Shown in pieces: positions 52,440 to 64,000 of a stretch of DNA of 64,000 nt. The notes beneath the pieces are model-generated. The model was not told the origin of the DNA. It made no database searches and was given only the letters and a program-made list of their open reading frames with translations. The stretch lies in contig NC_042998.1 of assembly GCF_006345805.1 (NCBI RefSeq), forward strand, positions 37,386,001 to 37,450,000, given 5' to 3'. Every line of letters starts with the position of its first letter. Position 1 is the first letter of the stretch. The position numbers and the translations under genes were made by a program. This DNA is from Octopus sinensis (taxonomy: Eukaryota).

Positions 52440-54849
52440 CGATTAAATAATTAAATTTAGAAAAATTAGAGAAAGAAAAAGAAAAAAATTATTAATCTAA
52501 CTCACAAGGAACTAACAGCAAACCAAATAAACATACTTTCCAAAGGACTCAAGTTGACACCACCCCACAACACCCCAACTACAATGAAATGAAAGAAGAC
52601 ATCGCAGAATTCTGCAGAAAATTAAGACTTACTGAGGAGCTATACGATAAATACAACGAGGACGAATCGTTAGCCAGAAATAGGATTACTACACCCCCTC
52701 GAAAGGTAAGAATAAAACACTTGATGATTTCTGTGACCACATATCAAATACCCATATCAAACATATGCACAAACAAAAACAACAAACCAAACTTCAGCAA
52801 AAAAGAATGGGCTGAGTTGAACAAATTAAAACTAGATAAAACAATAACAATCAAAGAGGCCGATAAAGGGAGTGCTGTTGTCTTAATGGATACGACATTT
52901 TACATAACTTTGGTACTTTCTATGCTGGAAGACACAACATACTATGAAAAGGCACAAAACTACAGTCAACAAAAAATAATGAGGGAACTAAAATCCATAT
53001 TAAACCCATACAAAGCAGGGCTAACCGACAAAGAATATGATTATATGACCAATTTCACAAGTAAAACTAGCCAATTCTACGGTATACCTAAGATCCAAAA
53101 AGTGAAAAAATAAGCAACGCATGCAAGATAGCTACAGACAAAATAATTAAAGTCCCTAATCCTAATGACCTCAAATTAAGACCCATAATAGCAGGTCCCG
53201 CATGCGAAACCCACCGCCTCAGTAACTTTTTAGACACCCTGTTAAAACCACTCCTCAAACATGTCAAAAGCTATATAAGGGACGACTTAGATATGCTCAA
53301 TCACCTACCGAATACTATAAACAAAAACACCATATGGTATCCTTCGATGTAGTCAACCTCTACTCCAATATCCCCCACAACCTAGGACTAGAGGCAATCC
53401 AATTCTGGCTAGAGAATCACGCCAACGAACTACCACACCGCATCAAAAAAGAATTTGTGATAGAAGGGGTTAAATTCATCCTGGAAAATAACTTCTTCGC
53501 CTTCAATGACAACTTCTACCGACAAAAATCGGGGACTGCGATGGGTACACGAATGGCCCCCTCCTTTGCCAACCTAGTCATAGGATACCTAGAGATCAGT
53601 CTGTATCGTAAGGTTCTAGAAAGATATGGCAGCCCTTTCTCCATCTACATAGAAACAACTGGAAGAGATATCTAGATGACTGTTTCATCCTTTGGCATAA
53701 AAATATAGAAAAAACTCATAGAATTCCAGAAAATTTTAAACGGACTGGACGTAAACATCCAATTCACGATGGAATATAGCCAACAACAACTCCCCTTCCT
53801 CGATATCCTCATTAAGAAAGCTAATAATATAATAGAAACAGACATATACTATAAGCCTACAGACTCTAAGCAATATCTTCCATTCAATCATGCCACCCCA
53901 GACACACCAGGATGAATATCCCCTTCAATCTAGCAAAAAGGATATGCACTATAGTCTCTAACGCAAACACCAGAGACACACGACTACAAGAACTAAAAGA
54001 TACCCTAATCACAGGGAACTATCCACCTTCACTTATTGACAAATGCATTCAACGTGCCCTTCAACTTAACATCAAGGAACTGAGACATCCCAAATCAAAG
54101 AAAAACTTACAACCAAAAGCCTTACCATACATCTCCACACACAACCCTCTCAATAACGAAGCCTTCGACACATCCTCCACAACATACCCCTCCTAAAAAA
54201 AGACCACAGAATGAACACAATCCTCCAAACACACACGATCATAAAAAAGCAAAGACAGCCTAGATCCATGAAAAGTCTCCTTACACAAGCCCGAATTCAC
54301 TCTTCAACACAGAAGCCGACAGTAAAAAAATGTGGAAGACCCAATTGCGGGATATACGACTATCTAATCGAGGGTTCTGAGTTCTCCTTCAAACAGGGAC
54401 AACGTTTTACAGTGAAAAGCAACTTCACATGTGCTTCGGAGAACCTAATATACTCACTAACCTGCTCCGGGTGTCAAGAGCAGTACATAGGCCAACAAAA
54501 AATAAAAAATGGTTTGCGTAAACGAATGGCCCTGCACAGATCCCAGATAAAAATTCCCCCAAAACAGAAAAATAGCTTTTAGCCAACACATAGATACTTG
54601 CGCCAACAAAAAAACACCAAACTTCAGAATTTTCCCCCTCTACCAATTTAGGGACGATACAACCTCGAGACAACGAATAAGTAAAGAAAATCTCTTTATT
54701 ACAAAATACAAGCCACTTCTTAACGGGTCTACGACAAACAATTAATATACCTCAACTTTAGAATAAAAGAAAAAAATATATATACACACACAAATACTAC
54801 ACTCAATAGAATCCATTACTAATCAGCCCCTTCATAGCTATATTTACAT

Positions 54850-55112
54850 TCATATTCTCCCTTCTCTGTTTTTTCTTCTTCTTCTTCTTCCTCTTCTTCT
54901 TCATCATCATCGTTATCATCATCATCGGCATCATCATCATCGCCACCATCATCACCACCATCTTCTCCTCTCTCCTCCTTCTTCTTCTTCTTCTTCATCA
55001 TCATCGTTATCATCATCATCGTCGTCATAATCATCACCACCATCACCATCATCGTCATCTTCTCCTTCTCCTTCTCCTTCTTCTTCTTCTTCTCTTCTTC
55101 TTCTTCTTCTCC
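54850..55112. repeat. (TTC)n/(TCA)n compound tract in PLE 3' UTR
   Basis: Visible runs. Confidence 0.9.
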
Positions 55113-55460
55113 ACCCCCTACCCCTTAAGTTTGTCACTAATGTTTTTTAGTAAACACCTACGCTAATTCTATAAAGAAGCCTGTCATATATAAATATTCT
55201 CCTGAATTGAACTGAGACTGCCAGCCGCCACTGACCATTCAAAATACGACCATCAGGGCACTCCCAGATTCTCCCACCCCCCTTTCCTCACCAGCCTTCT
55301 CTCTACTACCCTACCAAGAGCTCACAACTACCTCGAACACACAAGTGCAAACAAGGGAGTCAGAGAAAGGCAGAATGCCACTTAAATCTGAACACTACTA
55401 TAGAAATATTCTTTTAAAAAAACTTTTCTTCTAATTTTTCTAAATTTAATTATTTAATCG

Positions 55461-55504
55461 TTACAGTTGAAAAGGTCTCAAAATGACCGAAACCGGTACT
55501 GAAA
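55461..55504 (+). ncRNA. Minimal hammerhead variant with U3:A8 core
   Basis: cag-TTGAAAA-GGTC tcaaaat GACC-GAA-ACCGGT-A-ctg. Confidence 0.68.
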
Positions 55505-55785
55505 TGTTCACTATAAAATTATTTTAGCATTTTCTATTTTTTACTTGTGTTTTTTCATATATATCAACTCGTGTGTTCCTTTTCACCTTATACATATATA
55601 TATATATTATATATATTATATAGATGAGAAAGTTGGTTTGTGAAAGCACGTGGTTGAATATATAGAAAATAGTAAAAAGTGAAAAGACTACAGAAGGCTT
55701 GTTTTAAAAGGTTAAAAAAATATATTTGAGTCAATATGTCTGAAGAATATTATAAATTTTTTTCTTACAATGACATAGTTTAGAA

Positions 55786-55821
55786 GAAATGACCGGTTTC
55801 ACGCTTAGCTTTTCAAATTTC
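55786..55821 (-). ncRNA. Hammerhead variant (U3:A8), inverted copy
   Basis: gaaat-TTGAAAA-gctaagcgt-GAA-ACCGGT-C-atttc, perfect 5-bp stem I. Confidence 0.65.
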
Positions 55822-56879
55822 TTACGTCTTTATGCATCTACGTCTGAGTGATAGTCCCGTGGATCTCACGTAGTCATGGTGGCAGCCGCCACCCAAGACA
55901 CACTAAGACAAACATCCCCTTCAACCTTGAAAGTAGGATATGCAAAATAGTGTCAGAACAAAATACCAGGAACTTTAGACTGCAAGAACTCAAAAACACC
56001 CTAATTGACAGACATTACCCAGCTCAACACATAGAGGATGGGATCAGACGTGCAACAGAAATCAACATAGAAACTTTAAGAAAAGTTCAACACAACAACA
56101 CACCTTCCCAGAAAATACTACCTTACATATCCACATACAACCCCAGAAACAAAGAAGCCTTCACCATCATCACCCAGAATTTACCAATACTTCATAAGGA
56201 CCCCAAATTAAAGGAAATTCTAAACATACACCAAATCATTAAAAGCTATAAACAACTTAAATCACTTAAAAAGATTGTCACAAAGGCAAAATTGTCTTCT
56301 GAAATTACGGATGCAAAAGTAAAAAAATGTAGTAGACCGAACTGTGCAACATGTCCAAACCTGCTAGAAGGATCAGAATTCCTCTTCAAAGAGGGACAGA
56401 AATTCAAGATCAAATCTAATTTTACTTGTGCCTCTGAAAACATAATTTATGTCATAAAATGCTCGGGCTGCCACCATGACTACGTGGGATCCACGGGACT
56501 ATCACTCAGACGTAGATGCACACTGCATCGACAACAGATTGCATTCCCAGATACAGAATGATACCTTTTAGTGAGCACATGAGAAATGCGCAAAGCAACT
56601 ACTACCACAATTTTTAATCTTTCCATTTTACCAATGTGCTATCGGAACACCAACACAAATTAGACTAAACAAGGAAACATTCTTCATTGAAAAGTACAAG
56701 TCCAGACTTAACCTTCCAAACATACGTATACAGAGAAATTCACCCAAAGGAAAGGCAAAAACTTTTAAGCGATTATCTCCCTTACCACGGAAGAAATCAC
56801 TTATTACCTCCCCTTATCTAGAACTCTCTTCAACATAAACATAACGATAACTCTTCTCAACATAAACATAACGACGTAA

Positions 56880-56915
56880 GACATTTGAAAAGCTAAGCGC
56901 GAAACCGGTCATTTC
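56880..56915 (+). ncRNA. Hammerhead variant (U3:A8)
   Basis: gacat-TTGAAAA-gctaagcgc-GAA-ACCGGT-C-atttc. Confidence 0.62.
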
Positions 56916-57034
56916 TTCTAACTATGTCATTGTAAGAAAAAGATTTATAATATTCTTCAGATATGACTCTCAAATATATATTTTTTAACCTTTTAAAACA
57001 AGCCTTCTGTAGTCTTTTCACTTTTTACTATTTC

Positions 57035-57112
<78 letters not shown>

Positions 57113-57625
57113 CCTGTATCCCTGCCGTAAGACTTTACTTCCACACATGCCAGCTTAATTTAATTCGTCCTTAGTCGAAAAAAACTTGTTGTTATGTCCT
57201 GTTATTTGTATTTGTGTAGACTTCTCCATTTTTTCCGTCCTTGTTTTCGTATACATTCGCTGCTTTCTTCCAAAGTATCTAATGTTCGTAGCTTAGTTTT
57301 TTTCTTTGGGGCTGGCCAGCCTGGAGCAATCTCGAGTATAACGAGCCAAAATTGCAAAGATAATTTGGAACTCGACTGAGGAAAGAGAACTCCGAATAAC
57401 CCGTTCTTGTTTTCTTTCTATCGACTATCTGGATATTTTGCCATGATAGATCGTTAGCCACTACACACATTTTTTTTTCTCTCCTTGTTTTTTCTGTGTC
57501 CTTTTTGTAGAAGAGCGTAGGCTCGAAACGCAAAAGAATTTTTCAATTCCTGAGCGTTATACTAATGCATCTGTTTGTTTTGTACACCACATGTCTTCGT
57601 CTTTTGTTTTTTCGCAAACTCTCCT
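57113..57625 (+). mobile_element. ORF-less PLE 3'-end fragment with degraded hammerhead-like motif (57500-57537)
   Basis: 57440-57625 is homologous to the reverse complement of 4651-4850 (gaagagcgtaggctcgaaacg, ttcctgagcg, ttcgtcttttgtt); (TA)n on both sides. Confidence 0.75.
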
Positions 57626-57626
57626 T

Positions 57627-57697
<71 letters not shown>

Positions 57698-57933
57698 TGT
57701 ATGTATGTATATAATGAATAACGCAAGTGGAGTTCACAAACTACTACAGCTGCTTCGGTAGAATCCTATTCATGCATTCATAGATTGCATCATAGCATAA
57801 CGTATAAACATTCATGGGGGCGTATTCGGAAACCAGCATGGTGAATAAATGTGATTTAAAAATATAAAAGTACAATTGGCTGTATAGAGAAATTAGAGAA
57901 GCATAAGAGACATGACAAATATTGCATTTGTTA

Positions 57934-58041
<108 letters not shown>

Positions 58042-58129
58042 GTATGTATGTATATGTATATATATATATAATATAAAATTCGAAGTGAAACTCGAAGCCA
58101 TCCAATGAAGCTACGCTAAGAAGATAGTC

Positions 58130-58635
58130 TCGATTCAATGTATCAGCTCCTGGGAGAGACTGAAAGAATTAAAACGCTTCTTCCTGGAGCGAAGACGGGT
58201 GAGATATCCAGTGACATACATCTGGAAAATCCTGGAAGCATTTTTACAAATCTTTGGCATCAAGAGTTACACAAACAGCAGACAGGAGCACCAATGCATA
58301 GTGCCAAAGCTCACAGCGTCACCGTCAAAATACACGACCAGATAGTGTTACAGTTTGTGTTTCAAGGGCCCACATCTCTTCAATATCCTTCCAAAATCCC
58401 TGAGAGGCCTGCATGGTGTAGATGCAGGTGTCTTCAAATCAAAACTGGATCTCCTCCTGTCTAGGGTTCCAGATGAGCATATCTCAGGGTGGGAAACACA
58501 GATGATGAAAGCAGCATCAAAGTCTGTCATTCACCATATCAAGTCAGGTGTCAAATAACTGTATAGAGCAACCAGCGCTGGTACTCCAGAACGACTACAG
58601 CTTTAAAGGTGAAGGAATTTAAAGATTAAAGATTT
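58130..58635 (+). mobile_element. CR1-like LINE 3' end
   Basis: ISSWERLKELK..LERRR..YIWKIL; FKGPHLFNILPKSLR..FKSKLDLLLSRVPDE; short taaagat repeats at the tail. Confidence 0.8.
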
Positions 58636-58639
58636 AAAT

Positions 58640-58872
58640 ATGCCTACATATACACTCATACATATATATATATATACATATATATATATATGCGTGTGTC
58701 CAGGAGTGTGTGTGCGTGCGTGTGTGTGTGAGTGCGTATGTCCGTGCGTGTGCGTGCGGGTGTGTGTGTGCGTGCGTGTGTGTGTGCGTGTGTGTGTGTG
58801 CGTGCGTGTGTGTGTATGCGTGCATTGTGTGCGCGTGCGTGTGTGTGGTGTGTGCGTGTGTGTGCGTGTGCG

Positions 58873-58904
<32 letters not shown>

Positions 58905-58945
58905 GATGTATGAGTATGTGTGCGTGTGCGTGTGTGCGTGCATGT
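58640..58945. repeat. Compound (TA)n/(GT,GC)n microsatellite
   Basis: Visible runs. Confidence 0.95.
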
Positions 58946-60229
58946 ATGAATAATGATTTGCTCGTTTTGGAAAAGCAACACTAATAACTTTGTTAGAATT
59001 CGATATTCTTCTGCGAAAAGTAAATTGTCAGGAGACTACAGAGCGAAACCCTATAAGGAATGACTGGAGAAAAAGTATAACACAAATAAAATGGTAGCTT
59101 TTATTACCTCACAGCTCTTTCTGACATGTATTCTAACTCTAGTTTCAAAGATACATATTTAATACATGCAAAGAAAAATAAATAAATAAAGGTACACATC
59201 AATTATTTCAGCAGCTTTATTTTCCATCGAATAACAGTTTCATTATTTTTCGAACAAATGTTGAACTTTGATCTAACATTGTGTACAGTAAATATTTTTA
59301 TCATTGCTAACTTCATTAATTGAATTGACACCCGTGCATAATTTTATTTTAATTATTCTTCGTAAAATAATTACATATAACATGTTGAAAGTTTGTTTAG
59401 TTTCTCTATATATATACTTTTCAGGAATATTAACAATATTTACCATTTAAAAGAGAAATATATAAGTCCAATAGGCTTGCAAAAATATATGATTTAAATA
59501 ATTATTCACAGATTTCCGCTGGAATGCATATATAATTATATATTCCCATTTCACTTGCCATCTACCACGCGTATTTCAACCACTACAAGTTATTCAGTTC
59601 TACAACCTAATACAAAATATTACACAAATTTATATGACTTAATTAAGGATAACTATGAACAAGTAAGCATTTCTCAAATGACCACTGCCATCAGCTGAAA
59701 AATTACACAGCAAATGCAATAGCTACAGACTATACAGAACAATAATTAAAATCGAGACACAACTAAATTCTTTAAGTCTTGAGAAAATTCCTTGAGAAAT
59801 CATGAGACACATATTTAGCAAGATTTCAATTTCACATCTACATGTGTTAGGGAACGCATTCTGCGTGAAATTAGAGCGATCATATACTTACGGGATGTGG
59901 AGTGGCTAGTGTTTGTACGGTCGGTCTCGTGGAGTGTTAGTGTGACTGTAATAGTGTGAGCGTGTTTGTGTTGTTTGAGTGAAAATATTTGAAATATTGC
60001 CCACTGACTTAAGCATGCATACATATTCGCACAAACACACACGCACTTACACGCACGCACATACACACATGTGTGTATATATATACATTGGTGGGGTGCA
60101 TTGGTAGAAACACTAGCAATAATCTCATGTGAAGACAAATCTCTAAACAATTATGAAGCCCGTTTCACGGGGACCCTTGAACTGGTCTCCATCTCGGATG
60201 AGGATTTTTCACTTTTCGATATTAACGCG

Positions 60230-60266
<37 letters not shown>

Positions 60267-60334
60267 CACACACACACACACACCACACACACACACACAC
60301 ACACACTCACACACACACACATATATATATATAT

Positions 60335-60718
60335 ACTAGCAGTATCGCCCGGCGTTGCTCAGGTTTGTAAGGGAAATAACTATAAAGCATTTTTAGAGAG
60401 TTATAGCCAAAAAAATAACAAAAAAATGGAAAAAAAAATGATGGTAAATTTTTTTTGAGAGTTAAAAAAGGTGGAGTTGCGTCCCCTAGATAGTCTGTGG
60501 TTTGGGTTTCTGATTCTCGACCCCATGTCGAATTTATCGATTTTTTTCAGAACTGGGGGAACTTTTCAAAATTTTCGCTGCGTTAGTTTTGAATTATGAC
60601 ATTGGGCTATGTGTGTGTCAAGTTTCATCAGAATCGGTTGAAAGCCGTGGTCAGAGTGAGGGTACGAGAAAACAGACACACAGAAAACGCACAGACAAAC
60701 TGCCGTTTATATAGAGAG
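60335..60718 (+). mobile_element. HINE/DINE-1-like non-autonomous Helitron-type element
   Basis: actagcagtatcgcccggcgttgctc start; aagtttcatcagaatcgg; acagacacacaga..actgccgtttatataga end; microsatellite flanks. Confidence 0.6.
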
Positions 60719-62307
60719 AGATATATATACATATATATATATTGGCCTGCTCGTTTAGGCAGCGGGGTGGCGTCATTTGAAGGCTAAAACAATGCGAAGC
60801 GCATTGTGACCAGCGATGTGTAGCAACATCTCATAGCCTGGTCGGTCACGTGATCACGTGAGGTGATATATATATAGTTAGATATATATATATATATATA
60901 TATAGATAGATAGATAGATAGGTAGATAGATTGATAGATAGATAATATATGCAAACTTACATATACATACACACATGCACACACATATATGAACTAAAAC
61001 AAAAGTCTGAACTATTATGTCTAAAACATGAAGCTAGAAGACATGTCTGTTCTTTGTGTGCGTGCACATTTTGCATCTGCCTTTTCTACACAAATTACCT
61101 ACGTACACCCTCATACACATACACATACACACTTAAAATACATGCATACAAATAAACCACGCATACACAGTACACTTTTATATATCAGCATGTATGTATA
61201 TATTCATTTATCGTGTACGCCTATTTATACGTATATACGCATCGAATAATACATAGATTGTTTTACATCTAAAATAATTCCGAATTAACATAATTACTAT
61301 TTATACAAATAATTGCATAAATTTGCATATAATCATGAAGGATATAAGACCAATAACAGAACATCAAGCGTAGAATTACATGCATGGATAGCTTTATGAT
61401 GAGATGTTATTACCATAGACCTCTTAAATCCTCTAAGACAGATATAGTTATACAGTTAATAGTTTAAATATACATTCGATTTTTTTTCGATTTTTTTTTT
61501 TAAACGTCCTAGCTGAAGGATTCATGAGGATTTTGCCTTTCGGCAGTGTGATTTTCATAGTGCAATATTCTTCATTTGAAGAAATATGTTGTTGAGTGGT
61601 GTAAGTTGAAGTGTGAATGCCATATAGAATGCCCGCTTTGTCACTGTGTCGAACGAAATGGAACTTATGCATATTATTAGGGTTGGAGGAATAATGTTTC
61701 GTAATCATAAAATCATCGCTTTTCGGACGTGTGTTGTTTTAGCTCGTAAACCTATTGCACCGTTATTTCCAAGTGGACTTAACTGAAATGAACCTCACAA
61801 TTAAAATCTTGTGACATTTCCAAATTGCAATTATTCCTGAAACCGAATAATTGGATAGAAATGTGGAACTATTAAAGATGAGAAGTTAACTTGAGAGGGT
61901 CTGGGATTGTCTGAAGTTGAGAATAGATTGGAAAATTAATATTGGTTTCAAACTTTGGTACAAGAACAGCAATACCGGGTTATGTGTTAAGTCGATTACA
62001 TCGACCCCAGTACTCAACTGGTATTTATTTTATTCATCTCGAAGAATGAAAGGTAAAATCCACCTCGGCGGAATTTCAAATCAGAATGTAATGACGGACG
62101 AAATAATGCAAGGCATTTAGTCCGGCGTTCTAAGGGGTCTGCCAATTTGATGCCTGCAAAAGATGTCTCCAAATCATCTCAGGCAGATCCTGTTCATACG
62201 GTCAATATTTAGCATCAACAAACTTGCTTTTTGGAAAACGTCACGGTTGAGGAATTCAAGGAATGGAGCGGGTTTCTAAATATATATTGTGTATATCTAT
62301 ATATAAC

Positions 62308-62712
62308 CACAGGAGTGGCTGTGTGGTAAGGAGTTAACTTCCCAACCCTATGATTCCGAGTTTAGTCCCAACACGTAGCACCTTGGGAAAATGTCTTCTA
62401 CTATAGCTTCGGGTATGAATATGTCAGACGAAAGCATTGTGTGTCAATTTCTTAGACGAAAACTGAAAGCCCGTCGTATATGTGTGTGTGCGCGTGCGCA
62501 GGTGCTTCTGTCTTTGTTTTCCATCATCGTTTTACAAACAGTGGTTGTGTGTTTATATCCCTGTAACTTAGCAGTTCGGTAGAACGACCGATAACATAAC
62601 ATACATGTTTAAAAAGAAAACAAGTCCAGGGATCGATCCTTCCGACAAAGATTTTTTCAAGGTGTTGCTCCAGCGTGGCCGCCGTCTAATGACTGAAACA
62701 AATAAAAGAATA
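62308..62712 (+). mobile_element. SINE family B, full-length degraded copy
   Basis: caggagtggctgtgtggtaag head, gcaccttgggaaaatgtcttctactatagc, internal GT run, ctccagcgtggccgccgtctaatgactgaaacaaataaaag tail. Confidence 0.82.
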
Positions 62713-62934
62713 AAAAAGAAACGAATTACATATTAATTACTTAGGCCATCGTAATAAAATTTCCTCTCAATAAATATTTATAATACGTATTAGGCGAGGG
62801 AAGCGTAAAATATTAGGAGTTAGGATAACGCCTGAAGGAATAGCTGTATTCTCTATGAAGGCGCTTAGAGTTAGATGTAATGAGTAGAGAAGTTAAAAGT
62901 ATGGGCAGTGTTGTGATGGATGATGGAAGTACTC

Positions 62935-63308
62935 CGTCGGTTACAACGAGGAGGGTTCCGGTTGATCCGAATCAACGGAACAGCCTGCTCGTGAAATTAA
63001 CGTGTAAGTGGCTGAGCACTCCACAGACACGTGTACCCTTAACGTAGTTCTCGGGGATATTCAGCGTGACACAGAGAGTGACAAGGCCGGCCCTTTGAAA
63101 TACAGGTACAACAGAAACAGGAAGTAAGAGTGAGAGAAAGTTGTGGTGAAAGAGTACAGCAGGGATCGTCACCATCCCTGCCGGAGCCTCGTGGAACTTT
63201 AGGTGTTCTCGCTCAATAAACACTCACAACGCCCGGTCTGGGAATCGAAACCGCGATCCTACGACCGCGAGTCCGCTGCCCTAACCACTGGGCCATTGCG
63301 CCTCCACG
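62935..63308 (-). mobile_element. tRNA-derived SINE with family C head/body and family D tail
   Basis: Head ggcccagtggttagggcagcggactcg..ttcgattccc; aacacctaaagttccacgaggctccggcag; gagaactacgttaagggtacacgtgtctgtgga tail. Confidence 0.8.
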
Positions 63309-63579
63309 GGCAGTGTTGTACGCTGATTGCGAAGATGGGAGCGAGGGACATATCATTTTCGGAGAAAAGGCATTTAAGATACACTTTGCTAGACCCAGGT
63401 TTTAATACGTGAATTATGGCAAGAGAATAGTAGAGGTGTGTATGGCTTCAGAAATAAAAACGACTGTCATGAAGACAAAAGTTGGCAGAACAGTTAAACG
63501 TTTGATAACCTCTGAAACATCTTCCAGAAGTCAAAGTCACCATAGTCGAAATCGTATTATAAAAGTGTGCGCGCACACA

Positions 63580-63637
<58 letters not shown>

Positions 63638-63911
63638 CACACACACACGTAAAATGGGAAGGTATAAATAAATACGATTTCAAGAGAGATCTTTCCCTAA
63701 TGGTCAAAACCATAACATTTTGTTCTATAGTTGAACATTTACTTATGTAGCACTTATTTTCTTCGTGGATCAAATAATACTACGTATATAAAACATGATG
63801 TATATATGTGTGCGTGTTTGTGTGTGTGTGTCTCTGTGTGTGCGTGCATGTGCGTGTGTGTGTGTGTGTGTGCACATATACATGCATGCATGCGCGCATA
63901 CATACCTTTGT

Positions 63912-63970
<59 letters not shown>

Positions 63971-64000
63971 ATAAGGATTTAGCTCCTCTTTCTAGCAAGT

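Larger units (their letters stand above)
52346..55557 (+). mobile_element. Neptune-type PLE, 5'-truncated and decayed, with inverted 5' copy of its 3' end
   Basis: ADKGSAVV, FYGIPKI, FDVVNLY, GTAMGTRMAP, YLDD, CGRPNC, FTCASENLIYSLTCSGC..YIG; 52346-52478 is the reverse complement of 55423-55557; (TA)n flanks. Confidence 0.9.
55665..57034 (+). mobile_element. 3' portion of a second Neptune-type PLE (thumb + endonuclease) with inverted terminal copy
   Basis: ORF 55848-56561: HPRHTKTNIPFNL, CSRPNCATC, FTCASENIIYVIKCSGC..YVG; 55665-55834 inverted vs 56867-57034. Confidence 0.9.

Overview
Eukaryotic, very repeat-rich, AT-rich genomic DNA; the SINE families and dense (TA)n/(CA)n/(GATA)n microsatellites look like an octopus/cephalopod genome (inference from recalled repeat families). 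Contents: at least four Penelope-like retroelements (one Hydra-type at 191-4254; Neptune-type at 4651-7535, 52346-55557 and 55665-57034) plus an ORF-less PLE end, several carrying hammerhead-ribozyme motifs; two related Tx1/L1-clade LINE families (three plus-strand copies at 17.8-27.2 kb tied to (TCTA)n, one near full-length minus-strand copy at 39440-44794); CR1 3' ends; Tc1/mariner fragments and MITEs; a HINE-like element; many tRNA-derived SINEs; one intact-looking tRNA-Arg(ACG); one recognisable host exon (polycystin-1-like) and a few tentative exons. Best leads: (1) a Tx1 LINE inserted with a ~16-bp target duplication at a fixed site inside a SINE, with a chimeric SINE carrying the same kind of LINE tail that builds 184-bp head-to-tail arrays at that same site; (2) a PLE whose 5' terminal repeat precisely lacks a GT-AG intron that its 3' repeat retains; (3) hammerhead variants with a compensatory U3:A8 core; (4) a tRNA-Arg fused to a SINE tail. 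All calls are by eye; no alignments or database searches were run.
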